Source: a virus. Taken from it: DNA of 64,000 bases. The translations under genes and the position numbers were made by a program. The notes beneath the pieces were generated by a model. That model ran no database searches, had not been told where the DNA came from, and saw nothing but the letters and a program-made list of their open reading frames with translations. Positions 18,670 through 29,129 of this stretch are shown here, in pieces (positions within the stretch are counted from its first letter, which is position 1; each line of letters begins with the position of its first letter). Location of the stretch: the IMG/VR virus record IMGVR_UViG_3300031787_000011; one strand, 5' to 3'.

Positions 18670-21600
18670 TTATTGTCTTCCAACCATATTCGGACTTATT
18701 GGTACTGATTGATCGCCAGAATTATCATAAGAGTCTCTCATTAGGTCTTCAAATAAATAATCTCCTATGGCAGAGTCGTAGCCTCCTGGAGTTGTTATTC
18801 CGCTTAAACCTGCCCTAATAATAGCTTCTACTTGTCCCGGACTCATTTCAGAACCTTTATTCACAAAACCATTACACATTGCTCTTAAATAATATTCCAT
18901 TTGTATATAATGGTCGGAATACATTACTGTGTTTTTATCGACCTTGGGAATAAGTTTTACGAAATAAAATCTTGGATAACAACATCCAAATGGTCTTTGT
19001 TTTTGCCAGAAGTTGCCATTATCCATTGAAACGTCTCCATTCACACCTCTTGGGCATTGAATGCCAGCCATAGTATGGCAAAGATAATTTATTAATGCAT
19101 TTTCATCTGTTCTATAAGAATCAACATTAGTTGCCGCGAATTTAATAAACTCTTGTATTTTACTACTTATTCTTCCTTTTGGAGTCCCATCTCCAGTATT
19201 TTGTAGCCTATTTTCTATTATTACTTTAATAATATCTGATTTTGGATCGTATGGGTTTAGTCTAACTATTGACTTTATTTTATATGGAGGCCTATAAATA
19301 GGACAACTAGCAGCGAAGTTTGCTGGATGATTTAAATTTCCGCGCCAATCTCCATATTGAGGTTTTGTATTTGCGCTTTCTATATAATTATATCCAGACG
19401 GAGCTTCTACAATCAAAGGCAAATCGTTCGGCCTAGAAGACACATTAGCCAAAGCTTGCTTCACATTCCTTGATGTGCCTCTGAATGGCTCAAGAGACTG
19501 GCTAGCCGTTAAGCATCTCGCATTTAAAGCTCCCATTATGTCTCCATACATTGAAGGCTTCCAATAAGAGCTATTAGACCAATGGTATAAATTATAAGTC
19601 ATGAACATGGTCCATTCGTTGCTTATATTACCAGATGGTTTTTGTTTTATTCCATCTATAATGATTTCTCCTTTATCTATTCCTTTAATTAAAGAGTCTG
19701 GGGTTATTCCATCCAACTCAAAAACTCCGATTGTGCCCGTAGAATACTCTGAAACAAAATAATAATCTCCACCTTTGAATGTCGCGCCATGCTTTAATAT
19801 TTTCTTTTTATTATTATCTATATATATAACATGAGAATTCGTCCCCCTTAGTGAGGGCTCTAACTCTATCACAATGTAATCCTTGCCTTTGACTATTGGA
19901 ATAAATGTTTCTGTTTTTGCCCCTCTTATTGATCTGTTGCCTACTTCAGTAACAGATGGCCCCATATTTCTGAAGATATCTACGCCAGTATTTTTCATAC
20001 CCATTGCGTATCTATTAAAATATAAAACAGAATCACCGTCTTCATTTACTTCATAATCCATTAAAGCTGTTCTATCAGCCATTCTTACATTACTAGTTAT
20101 GAATTTTCTAGCAGATTCATATACTGGATTAGCACTGACATAAGCATCATTTTGATAAAGAGTTTTCTTTCTAAAGTTATATGCTACTCCATATCTAATA
20201 TAATTTGTAAATACTGTTTTAGCGGTGTCTGCATTAAAATGCCCTACAGGATCCATTTGCCCGGCATCTGTTCCTGCGCCTTCTGTGGTCGCTACTCTCA
20301 TCATTACATAAGCGTCAGCGGCACTTGGCTTCATTTCTAAAACGTGAGCAAATTGTATCGTTATGGCAAAGTTATTTTTTGTAACTGTTTGGGTTACGAT
20401 TTTTTTGCCTAAATTTATATAGCCAAAATTATTATAAGAAGGATTAGCGACTCCACTTGACCCTCTTATTTTAAAAGAAACACTCCCCTTGACTGGATAA
20501 ACAAAATAGTGTATTTTATTAAACTGATAAACTTTATAAGTGCTGACAGAGTTTAAGGAAAGATCATTAACTACTCCAGTTCTATTATTTAAAATATACT
20601 TATCACCAGAATTCAAAGGCACAGATTCATAAATTTCATTATTAACATAAATATCAATAAACATCCCAGATAACAAGGATTCCCCATTCTCCGAAATGCC
20701 ACAAGCTATGTCAGAAGTTTGTATAAATATTGCCGATAAACAAAATCTATTATTAGATCCAGTAGGATTAGTATTAAAAGCTCTTAATTCTTTGCCAGTC
20801 TCATCTTGGCCTTTAAATAAAAATGCATCGCCAGCATTTGTTGGTAAAAAATAATCATTTGTCGCCGTATTTTTAACAGCCGAATCGAATGAAATATTCC
20901 AGAGAAAGCTTCCTGGCCCTTCTGGGAAAAGTTCAGGATAGCCAAAAGAGTCGTATTTTATTTTTTTATTTCCCAAGCTATCTATCTTTATTTTACCCGA
21001 AGAATCTAGCTCATATTTTGGTCTAGAATAATTTGGGGCTAAAAGAAATTGTCTTGAGAAAAACTTTTCAAAATCAAAGCCGTGAGTCGTTACATTTCTT
21101 CCTTTTATAGAGTGCCTAGCCCTTTGGTCTTCTGTACCCCTAAAAAAACTTAAATAATAAAAGATAGCCTGCTCTATTTGGTCTTTAGAAGCGTTCTTTT
21201 TTCTAAATATACCGCCTTTTCCTTCTGGATCTGGAACATAACTAGGAGCATATCTTCCAGTAGATATAGCTTCTGTCACGTATCTTAAATGCCTTCTAGC
21301 GGCAGAGCATATACCCAAAGAAGCAAGTTGTAGTTCTTTGGTTGATGGCTGTAAAGCATTTCTAGGTAAATATTTGTAGTTTTGTTCAAACGCTAAACAA
21401 CCTCTTTGTATTTCTGAATCGCTCCATACAATATTTAAATTTGGATCTCCGCTTGTCTTTGTCGGCATTTTATCTGGCAACGCCAATTCCAAGCCACTTA
21501 ATCTAATCGGTTCAGACCAATATCCATGGACTCCATCTCTTGTGTCGTCTTTTGTTCCATTGGCTTGAGTTACTCTTGATGCCTTGCCGAATATCCAAGC

Positions 21601-21912
21601 CATAAATGGATTTGCTACATTGGCTCCTTGAGCTTCTCCAGCCTGAGCTTCGGGCCAACCAAACTTTCCATAAGTCATCTTTGGCTCTAAATTAGCATAA
21701 AATTTAAACCACTCATCTTGAGCCGGAAATTGACTATCTTGAGGATTTCTTATTCCTCTAAACATTGAAAATGCGTAATAAAAAATTCTCCAAGAACAAT
21801 CCCCTAACCCAGATAAAATTTTCTCATTAAATGCGTCCGCCAACAGATTATGATGCTCGTAATCAGTTGATTGATTAATTTTTACTTTCTTAGCTAGTGG
21901 AAGAGATGGCAT
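18670..21912 (-). CDS. Large putative virion structural protein (about 1080 aa)
   Basis: Long ORF in the tail operon; ATG 21912 (MPSLPLA) preferred to TTG 21924. Confidence 0.6.
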   Translation of the reverse strand: MPSLPLAKKVKINQSTDYEHHNLLADAFNEKILSGLGDCSWRIFYYAFSMFRGIRNPQDSQFPAQDEWFKFYANLEPKMTYGKFGWPEAQAGEAQGANVANPFMAWIFGKASRVTQANGTKDDTRDGVHGYWSEPIRLSGLELALPDKMPTKTSGDPNLNIVWSDSEIQRGCLAFEQNYKYLPRNALQPSTKELQLASLGICSAARRHLRYVTEAISTGRYAPSYVPDPEGKGGIFRKKNASKDQIEQAIFYYLSFFRGTEDQRARHSIKGRNVTTHGFDFEKFFSRQFLLAPNYSRPKYELDSSGKIKIDSLGNKKIKYDSFGYPELFPEGPGSFLWNISFDSAVKNTATNDYFLPTNAGDAFLFKGQDETGKELRAFNTNPTGSNNRFCLSAIFIQTSDIACGISENGESLLSGMFIDIYVNNEIYESVPLNSGDKYILNNRTGVVNDLSLNSVSTYKVYQFNKIHYFVYPVKGSVSFKIRGSSGVANPSYNNFGYINLGKKIVTQTVTKNNFAITIQFAHVLEMKPSAADAYVMMRVATTEGAGTDAGQMDPVGHFNADTAKTVFTNYIRYGVAYNFRKKTLYQNDAYVSANPVYESARKFITSNVRMADRTALMDYEVNEDGDSVLYFNRYAMGMKNTGVDIFRNMGPSVTEVGNRSIRGAKTETFIPIVKGKDYIVIELEPSLRGTNSHVIYIDNNKKKILKHGATFKGGDYYFVSEYSTGTIGVFELDGITPDSLIKGIDKGEIIIDGIKQKPSGNISNEWTMFMTYNLYHWSNSSYWKPSMYGDIMGALNARCLTASQSLEPFRGTSRNVKQALANVSSRPNDLPLIVEAPSGYNYIESANTKPQYGDWRGNLNHPANFAASCPIYRPPYKIKSIVRLNPYDPKSDIIKVIIENRLQNTGDGTPKGRISSKIQEFIKFAATNVDSYRTDENALINYLCHTMAGIQCPRGVNGDVSMDNGNFWQKQRPFGCCYPRFYFVKLIPKVDKNTVMYSDHYIQMEYYLRAMCNGFVNKGSEMSPGQVEAIIRAGLSGITTPGGYDSAIGDYLFEDLMRDSYDNSGDQSVPISPNMVGRQ

Positions 21913-21914
21913 AA

Positions 21915-22484
21915 TTAACTCCAAACTCCAATTCCGCCTCCTCCGCCTCCGGATTGGGATTTCAAAGTTCTTGCGCTTATATTAGTATCTCTGTAAGATA
22001 GATATTTTTTGCCTGCTCCATTTTTTGTTTTAAGTGGTCCTTGGCTTTGTTGGACTGGAGAATTATTTATATATGGAGATTGCGGTATTTTGACTTGCGA
22101 TATTTTTTCGAAAGAAACAGAAGCGACTAGCTGTTCTCCATACTCATAATTTTTTGAAAGATTGCCTTTCTGCCCAATAAAAGTAGATGGCATAGCTACC
22201 TTGGTAAAAGTTAATGTTTTTATGAAATTCCTATCGCTTGCTTGTATTGTAGGTCCAAAAAAATTAACTAAATTGACTGGAACATTTAGGCATAAAATAT
22301 ATCCCTTATTATAGTTTATAAAATCCTCTTCAAATAACGCAGCGGCTTCTGGCCCCATTTGTGTCGTAACAAAAGCCCTTAAAGTCGCGCTAACTTTTAA
22401 ACCTACCGTAGTGTTTTTATCTGATCCGTTCCAAGACACTATGTAGGGATAAGCCTCTTTTGCAGCTATTGTTGATCTTCTCAT
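21915..22484 (-). CDS. Hypothetical protein (189 aa), Gly-rich C-terminus
   Basis: Tightly packed ORF ending QSGGGGGGIGVWS. Confidence 0.6.
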   Translation of the reverse strand: MRRSTIAAKEAYPYIVSWNGSDKNTTVGLKVSATLRAFVTTQMGPEAAALFEEDFINYNKGYILCLNVPVNLVNFFGPTIQASDRNFIKTLTFTKVAMPSTFIGQKGNLSKNYEYGEQLVASVSFEKISQVKIPQSPYINNSPVQQSQGPLKTKNGAGKKYLSYRDTNISARTLKSQSGGGGGGIGVWS

Positions 22485-22485
22485 T

Positions 22486-23871
22486 TTATTTTACTCCTGT
22501 TATATATCTTTCTATTATATTATTGTTTATTCCACTAAGAGTAAGTTTTGCGACTAGTGGATTTTCGTCAAATTGAGTGCTATAAATAACTTTAACATTT
22601 ATAGACGTATCTTCTGTTATGGCAACTCCAGTTTTGACATATCCAGCGGAGCCAGAAATAAAAGAACTATCTCTATAACTTATCAAATTATTTCCTATTC
22701 CAGTAAGTAAATCAAAAAATCCAGTCACACTCTTTGTGTAAAAAGAAGTCTGCGCCGTTCCAGAAGCTATGCTTGGATTTGTATTATTTAATATTCCAGT
22801 GCCCCCAGAAAAGATTACTGTTGGTGCGGATGTATATCCAGAACCAAAATTGGTCATAGTTATATCTACTACAGAATCATATGTTGTGCTGTCTATTCCA
22901 AGAACCGCCACTCCAGAGGCCGATCCCGATGCCCCGCCCCCGCTAAATATCACAGTCGGTGCAGACAAATATCCATTGCCTCCACTAGCTACATTTACAT
23001 CGGTTACCATTCCCATGTAACCAGTAGCTCCAGAAAAATAAGTCAAAGAAATACTTATCGGCAAACTAGCAGGCACCAGCTCTTCTCTGTTAGTAGAGTA
23101 TCCATAATCTAATACTAAAGATCCTACTTTAGAAACTCCACTTTCAAATGTTGCTTCTGATATAGAACTTAAAGAATCAGACCCTTCTTGAATATTAAAA
23201 ACATACTCTAAGAATGGAACATCAACCCCCGTAACAGTCAACTGACTTGTATAATCTCCAGCGCTTGTATTTAAAGTATAATTTGAAATAAGTTCTCCAA
23301 GACCAGGATAGTTTTGTTGTATTAATATTTGCTGACTGCTAGAAGATTTAACTAATCCCGTAGGAATATTTTGAAATGAAAACGAAGATTGAGAATCAAA
23401 ATCTCCTGAGAAAACTTTGATTCCGCTTAGCGAATTTGTCGTTAGCGTGCCTGTTATATAATTTCCAGTTATAAATGTTTGAGGCGTCGTTAAAGAGAGC
23501 GTTGGTTTTTCTGAGCTAATACTTATAGAAGAATCTAACGTGCAACCAGTTAAATTAATAAAAAATCTCTCAGCGTAAAAATTTTCTTTTAGCCCAGATC
23601 TTACTATTTGATCTCCATTTATAGCGTAGTCGTAAGCTGTCCCTGAAAAATTTGTAGTAATATTAACTTGATTATCTGGGATATAAGAGCCGCAGTATCG
23701 ATTTTCATTATCAACAATTTTACCACTTATAAAAGAGATTTTGTAAGTTTTACTTTGGCCGCTAAAACCTATGTCGCAAACGCCCGTGCAATTATCGAAA
23801 GAAAGACCAAATTCTGCTGAAAAGCGGTTCTCTCTTAAAACACTTCTGAATGTATTGCCGGAGATTATCAT
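22486..23871 (-). CDS. Baseplate/tail structural protein with two G-x-GY-x-SAPTV repeats
   Basis: VASGGNGYLSAPTVIFSGGG and TNFGSGYTSAPTVIFSGGTG, a repeat typical of large-phage baseplate/tail proteins. Confidence 0.7.
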   Translation of the reverse strand: MIISGNTFRSVLRENRFSAEFGLSFDNCTGVCDIGFSGQSKTYKISFISGKIVDNENRYCGSYIPDNQVNITTNFSGTAYDYAINGDQIVRSGLKENFYAERFFINLTGCTLDSSISISSEKPTLSLTTPQTFITGNYITGTLTTNSLSGIKVFSGDFDSQSSFSFQNIPTGLVKSSSSQQILIQQNYPGLGELISNYTLNTSAGDYTSQLTVTGVDVPFLEYVFNIQEGSDSLSSISEATFESGVSKVGSLVLDYGYSTNREELVPASLPISISLTYFSGATGYMGMVTDVNVASGGNGYLSAPTVIFSGGGASGSASGVAVLGIDSTTYDSVVDITMTNFGSGYTSAPTVIFSGGTGILNNTNPSIASGTAQTSFYTKSVTGFFDLLTGIGNNLISYRDSSFISGSAGYVKTGVAITEDTSINVKVIYSTQFDENPLVAKLTLSGINNNIIERYITGVK

Positions 23872-26800
23872 TAGCTTAAGAAGTTGGTGTTTACTAGTTT
23901 TATATTTGGTCTATTTTTATAGATTAAAGTTTGCAAATTCAACGGCTTGCCCGGATAGCTCTGGAAAGAGCATTGAATGGTCAAGCCATTTTCTGCTAAA
24001 GCAATATTTAATTTCGTTAAACCGTTGTCTACTGTAAGCAAAGACTTTAGCGGATCTGAAATACTAGAGCAGAACAAATCAGCAGAATAACTTACGTTAG
24101 GCTGTAATAAAGATGCGGCTTTATAATCATAAATTGATTTTATTTTTTCGTGAAAGCTTTCAAAGGTGTCGAATTCATATCTTGGTTTTTGATTTGATCC
24201 ATATCCTTGGAAATTCATAACTACAGGAGTTCCATCTCCAAAAGCGCCGCCGATTGATTGATTACTAGAGTAAGACTGCTCCGTCTCGTCTGCGTAAAGC
24301 TCTCTTACATTCGGAGTAATATTATTCACATCTAATTCTAGAGAAAACCCTTCGTTGTTCAATATTCTTAGTATGTCATTTTTATCTTCTAACCCACCTC
24401 TAATAAAGTTTTTAAAAGGAGCGAAAATCTGACTAGAACTTTTGCTCTTTAAAGTAACTATGTAGTTGACTTGCGATGGCAAAGTTATATATTCTGATTC
24501 TAATCTAGTAGTGTTTACCATTGTGAATGGAACTGGAGTAGGAAATCTTGTGCTTCTTACAAGTATATTGTTTAAAGCTGGAGACGCCAAAGCCAACATG
24601 CCACTAGAAGATTGCAAAGATTTGCTAATGTGAGCTGTCAAGAAAGCGTTCGATGGCATTTTTCTTGTTATATTAAAACGCTGACACTGCATAGAGTCTG
24701 GGCCTATGCCAAGCAAAGCTGCATTATTATTTCTTTCAATGTTTGATTGCTCTTGCGGGTAAACACACACAGAATAAAAAATTGTTTTACTGCAATCTTT
24801 CTTATTCGCTTGAAGAGTAGCTGGATTCCCAGCCGCAAGTATATCTCTCAATAGAGTGCATCTTTCTGCTATTTGATTTTGGTATTCTATTGGATTTGTA
24901 AATGAATGCCCCGACAAAGTAGTAGGGAATTGATATATCTGAGCAAGAGAATTGAATCCAAACATCACTCCAAAAGAATAATTACTTAAAGGAAGATTTG
25001 TGACATCTACTGGCAAAGCAGCTCTTAAAACACCTAAAGATACTGGAGATAATTCTTTAAAAATAGGAGAATAAGCTTCTGCAAGATTTATTCTTGTGAA
25101 CTGAGCTATAGAATTATTGCTCATAAAAGGATCACCAGAAACAGCATAATCTAAATATTCTAAACCTCTAATTAGCTCTTGGAAAATACCATAAGCTGCG
25201 TCATCTCTTGCTAGATAAAATCTTACAGGTTTTAATCTATCTAAAGACTGCACATACTTAACATAAGAAGCCTGAGCTTTACTGCATAAATCCTCTGTGT
25301 TAGCTTTTAGTCTGTTGAACTCTGAAAAAGCATTGAAATAAGAATCTGTGCCATTATACAAACTAGCCAAACTTTCAATCAAAAATTTGGCATCTCTAAA
25401 TACTGGCAACTTATATATTTCATTTGAATAAACTTTTTGAGTCGCAGGAATTGTTTCTACGCTATATTGGAGTAGCTCGTTCTCATTACCAGCTATCCCT
25501 TCTGTTATGTTTTGTACATCTGTCCAATAATGTTTTCCTATGAAATCAGCGATATAAGATTCAATAGCTAAAATATTATTAGCTATCGATTCATTATAAA
25601 AACCAAGATTCATATTTATTAAAACATTTCCATCTTCATCAAAAGTTAATTCGCTTTGCAACTCTAAAGCTCTAGACACAGCCTCGAAAGCTATCAAATC
25701 AGCCTGTCTATCTATGTAGCTAAGCCTAGAGCCTAGTATGTCTCCGCCCAAAGGCAAGAAGCCTAATGCTTGATAAGCTCCTATTTGATAGTTATAGATT
25801 TCTCTTAGCTTTGGCGCGTATTTTCCCAGAATAGCCGATATTACAACCTGTTCATAATTTCTATTGGCTCCACAAAAATCGTAAGGCCTAGAAGGGGTGC
25901 CGAATAATTGCGGAAATATATCATAGAGCCTAATATTTCTAAATGTTCTATTGCCTAAAATTTGCTCGTATTCAATATTCTTCTCTCTCGCTTCCTTAAA
26001 ATAATAAGAAGAGTATACCTTTAGATTTTTTTTACTTAAATCATAATCAAAATCTTGTGATCTTATGACGAATTGAGAAGAGTCTGAAGCTTCTAAATTT
26101 TCCAAGCTTAACTTTGTTTTTAGAACATTTTCTTTCGCTAAAGAATCTGTAAGGTCTATTCCGCGTATTCTAACTTGATTAGATTGCCCAGAAAAATCTA
26201 CTACATAAGAATAAGAATACTCTTCGCACCATTGGGCTAAAACATTTTTTAATGTGCCAGAATATTTTCTTTTAATCTGCTCTCCAGACTTGTCTCTTAA
26301 AGATTCTACAGGAGAAGAACTGCCGCTGTTTCCGCTGCTTCCAGAACTGCCAGAATTTATATTCGATGGAGCAATTGATATTCCTAAAGCTTTCATTGCT
26401 TTAAGCAAAGAAGCAAAAGAATAGTAAGTTTCAGCAGACTTACAAATGCTATCTTTAAAATCTTCTTCTCCCAAAAGAATAATTGCCCCATATCCATTAG
26501 TGATTTGCTTTAATGGATCTGTAGATTTTATTATTACATAATTGTACTTGCCAGGGCCATTAGCAGTATCAGTAATTACTTGAGTTGTCGCGGGATCTAT
26601 AGATAATTTTTGACCTAGATTAGACTCTGCAAAATGCAAAAATTGAGAAAAATTTGATACCGTGACCGATCCAGCTTTTGAGCCATTAACTGAGGGGCAA
26701 TTCAATATTATTCTGTCTATGGTAGCCTCTTTTTCCGACCTACTATCTATTGCCACCTCGACTCCTAAAACACCAACATAAATCTTATCTAAAACAAAAG

Positions 26801-27323
26801 AGTTATCTTTAAAAGTAACTGTCAGAACTTTTTCATTATTCCTTTTTGATAACGAGTAAGAAGATATTTTAAAATTTTTGAGCTGGTATGTTTTTTTGCC
26901 ATCGCCATCTGTGATAGTAATATTATAGCTTGTCGTCGGCCCCATGTACTGATCTTCTATCTTAAAATCCTGGTCTATTAGCTGAGAAAGAGTATCTGAA
27001 GTGCCTTTGAATATTTGGCTTTGATTGTTTATTTGGTTTATTGGCGTAGTTTGAGTATTTCTTGCTGAGTTAAGTTGATTTAAAAGATCAATGTCTCTTT
27101 TTCTCTGTTGCTGCACAGAAAGAGCGCTTTTTGCTTCTTTAAGTGTTTTATTTAAAGCAAGATTAAGAACTAAAGTGCTTGGATTGCCATCGAATCCCAC
27201 ATCAAGAGATAAGGCATAAACATAACCATTAAATAATCTATTCCCAAGATCGAGTGGAGGCTGCCCAGAAGAAAACTGAGTTCTTGTTATATTTATACTG
27301 CTATTGTTCTTTACTTGAGCCAT
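23871..27323 (-). CDS. Putative baseplate hub / tail-tip protein (1150 aa)
   Basis: Lies downstream of the TMP. N-terminal FNGYVYALSLDVGFDGNPSTLVLNL and YSGTLKNVLAQWCEEYSYSY resemble hub (gp27/Tal-like) architecture. Confidence 0.5.
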   Translation of the reverse strand: MAQVKNNSSINITRTQFSSGQPPLDLGNRLFNGYVYALSLDVGFDGNPSTLVLNLALNKTLKEAKSALSVQQQRKRDIDLLNQLNSARNTQTTPINQINNQSQIFKGTSDTLSQLIDQDFKIEDQYMGPTTSYNITITDGDGKKTYQLKNFKISSYSLSKRNNEKVLTVTFKDNSFVLDKIYVGVLGVEVAIDSRSEKEATIDRIILNCPSVNGSKAGSVTVSNFSQFLHFAESNLGQKLSIDPATTQVITDTANGPGKYNYVIIKSTDPLKQITNGYGAIILLGEEDFKDSICKSAETYYSFASLLKAMKALGISIAPSNINSGSSGSSGNSGSSSPVESLRDKSGEQIKRKYSGTLKNVLAQWCEEYSYSYVVDFSGQSNQVRIRGIDLTDSLAKENVLKTKLSLENLEASDSSQFVIRSQDFDYDLSKKNLKVYSSYYFKEAREKNIEYEQILGNRTFRNIRLYDIFPQLFGTPSRPYDFCGANRNYEQVVISAILGKYAPKLREIYNYQIGAYQALGFLPLGGDILGSRLSYIDRQADLIAFEAVSRALELQSELTFDEDGNVLINMNLGFYNESIANNILAIESYIADFIGKHYWTDVQNITEGIAGNENELLQYSVETIPATQKVYSNEIYKLPVFRDAKFLIESLASLYNGTDSYFNAFSEFNRLKANTEDLCSKAQASYVKYVQSLDRLKPVRFYLARDDAAYGIFQELIRGLEYLDYAVSGDPFMSNNSIAQFTRINLAEAYSPIFKELSPVSLGVLRAALPVDVTNLPLSNYSFGVMFGFNSLAQIYQFPTTLSGHSFTNPIEYQNQIAERCTLLRDILAAGNPATLQANKKDCSKTIFYSVCVYPQEQSNIERNNNAALLGIGPDSMQCQRFNITRKMPSNAFLTAHISKSLQSSSGMLALASPALNNILVRSTRFPTPVPFTMVNTTRLESEYITLPSQVNYIVTLKSKSSSQIFAPFKNFIRGGLEDKNDILRILNNEGFSLELDVNNITPNVRELYADETEQSYSSNQSIGGAFGDGTPVVMNFQGYGSNQKPRYEFDTFESFHEKIKSIYDYKAASLLQPNVSYSADLFCSSISDPLKSLLTVDNGLTKLNIALAENGLTIQCSFQSYPGKPLNLQTLIYKNRPNIKLVNTNFLS

Positions 27324-27338
27324 AATCCTTTAGATAAG

Positions 27339-27344
27339 TTACAC
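27339..27344 (-). promoter_or_regulatory. GTGTAA putative late-promoter motif
   Basis: GTGTAActtatctaAAGGAttATG; the TAA doubles as the upstream stop codon. Confidence 0.4.
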
Positions 27345-29129
27345 GTTAAAATAACCTGTGTCATTATTATATATCACTTGAGAAAACGGCTCTAAAGAAA
27401 AGGTGGTATATCTTAAACTAAAGTCTGCTAGTTTTTCATAATCCAATCCTTTTACTTGCCTCAATCCGTTTACCCAAATTTGCTCATCAAAAAGATTTAT
27501 GTTTGTATCAAAATTGTTTGAATTATTGCCTGTGTATCTAACCCTATTCATTTCGTGCTTTGGTAATAATAATAAATCTCCATCAATAAGATTCGTAGTA
27601 TAAATGGTTATCGCTCCAGTCACGGCGGCATAATCAATACCAGAAATCAATTTATTGCCATTCAAATAAAGATCTCTATGATTGACATAATTGTAAGACA
27701 GAACTTTTGTTGTATTTGTTATGTCTTGAGTTGATATTCCAGTCAATGACCCAGAACCAGATATCAAATCATATGTCGCAAAGTCTGTAACATCAAAAAA
27801 GCTATTAGAATTTATAAAACCACTAGATACTGTGAAATCTCCTTCATTATCTCCTGTTATCCCAGTAACATATGTACAAGCTAATCCATTAACATATAAA
27901 TTAACTAATTCTCCCGATCCAGTATTTAATATTGTATATCTTGCATCAGACTGAGAAAACTGTGGAATCAAATTTATATCTTCTGAATTTTTGCCAGAAA
28001 AGCTATAAACTTCTTTATTAGAGTCATCAAAATTCGCAAGCAACAATACTTTAGAATTTCCAAATGGAACAGAATATCCAAAATCTATAAGGCCGCTCGG
28101 TGGGCGATATATTGTAATTTCTGATGTTCCTTGAACAGCACCAGTAAGCTCAACTAATCGATATTCATAAATATATCCAGTAACTCCTGAATAAAAAAAT
28201 CCAGTGACCGAAGAGCCATTCGAAGTTGCTGTAACGCCAGATGCAGGAACATATCCAGTTATGCCTGTCCCTACTATTACATTTTGATACTCGACTCCAG
28301 TCACAGATAAAAATGTTTCAAATTGAGTCTCGTAAACACCAGAAGCGTAACCAGAACAATAAAATGCTTTAGCGAATGTATTTCTTTCTGGGAAATCTAA
28401 TCCCAAATTAAACAACATAAAACTATCAATATAACCACTAAAATTATTATACCCAACTCCAGATACCCCTAAGCCCCCTAAGTAAAAGTTATTAGAATTA
28501 GAAAAATCTGCTAAATCAAACTGCACATTTAATGATTTTTTATTTAAAGTATCATCAAATTGATGCGTAGATAATTGTATAGAAGAGTCTATTTTAGCAA
28601 CAGAAATTACATTTTTATTATCTAGCTCTTGGCCTAATGTATAAATTCTTTTTCCATCTGAAGGAGTGTTGTGCTCGCAAAATAGTCTATTGCATCCATT
28701 TATTCCTATAGAAAAACCAGAAATTGCAGATCCAGAATTTTGAGACGATAATATTACTTTGCTTTTGTCAAAAGATCCAGTTTCTAAATGCTTGAATACT
28801 ATAAAAGCTGTCCAATCTGGGGAATCAAAATCACCTAATATTTTTAATTTATTTTGACCGTTGAATTGGCCGCTAACTATTCCTGGATTTACATTACCGC
28901 CACCTACTTTATCGTTATAAGATAGGGCCGGGTTATCATTTGAATAAATATTAGATCCAGAATACTGATACTGTATTCCAGTTTGATTATTAAAAATTAC
29001 ATAATTCGAATAACCAGCAGAATCAGTTACGCCTGTATACGATGGATTGCGGAAATCATAATCAATAGAAACAGAAGACCTGTCGCAAAAAATAGTTTCT
29101 AGAAAACCTGATTTTATAATTTCATTCAT
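27339..29129 (-). CDS. Virion structural protein with N-terminal LamG/ConA-like domain
   Basis: WTAFIVFK...ILSS...GFSIGING...FYLGG...FSGYIDSFMLFN is a LamG-like pattern. The C-terminal part has LYVNG/LYLNG/IWVNG repeats. Confidence 0.65.
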   Translation of the reverse strand: MNEIIKSGFLETIFCDRSSVSIDYDFRNPSYTGVTDSAGYSNYVIFNNQTGIQYQYSGSNIYSNDNPALSYNDKVGGGNVNPGIVSGQFNGQNKLKILGDFDSPDWTAFIVFKHLETGSFDKSKVILSSQNSGSAISGFSIGINGCNRLFCEHNTPSDGKRIYTLGQELDNKNVISVAKIDSSIQLSTHQFDDTLNKKSLNVQFDLADFSNSNNFYLGGLGVSGVGYNNFSGYIDSFMLFNLGLDFPERNTFAKAFYCSGYASGVYETQFETFLSVTGVEYQNVIVGTGITGYVPASGVTATSNGSSVTGFFYSGVTGYIYEYRLVELTGAVQGTSEITIYRPPSGLIDFGYSVPFGNSKVLLLANFDDSNKEVYSFSGKNSEDINLIPQFSQSDARYTILNTGSGELVNLYVNGLACTYVTGITGDNEGDFTVSSGFINSNSFFDVTDFATYDLISGSGSLTGISTQDITNTTKVLSYNYVNHRDLYLNGNKLISGIDYAAVTGAITIYTTNLIDGDLLLLPKHEMNRVRYTGNNSNNFDTNINLFDEQIWVNGLRQVKGLDYEKLADFSLRYTTFSLEPFSQVIYNNDTGYFNV

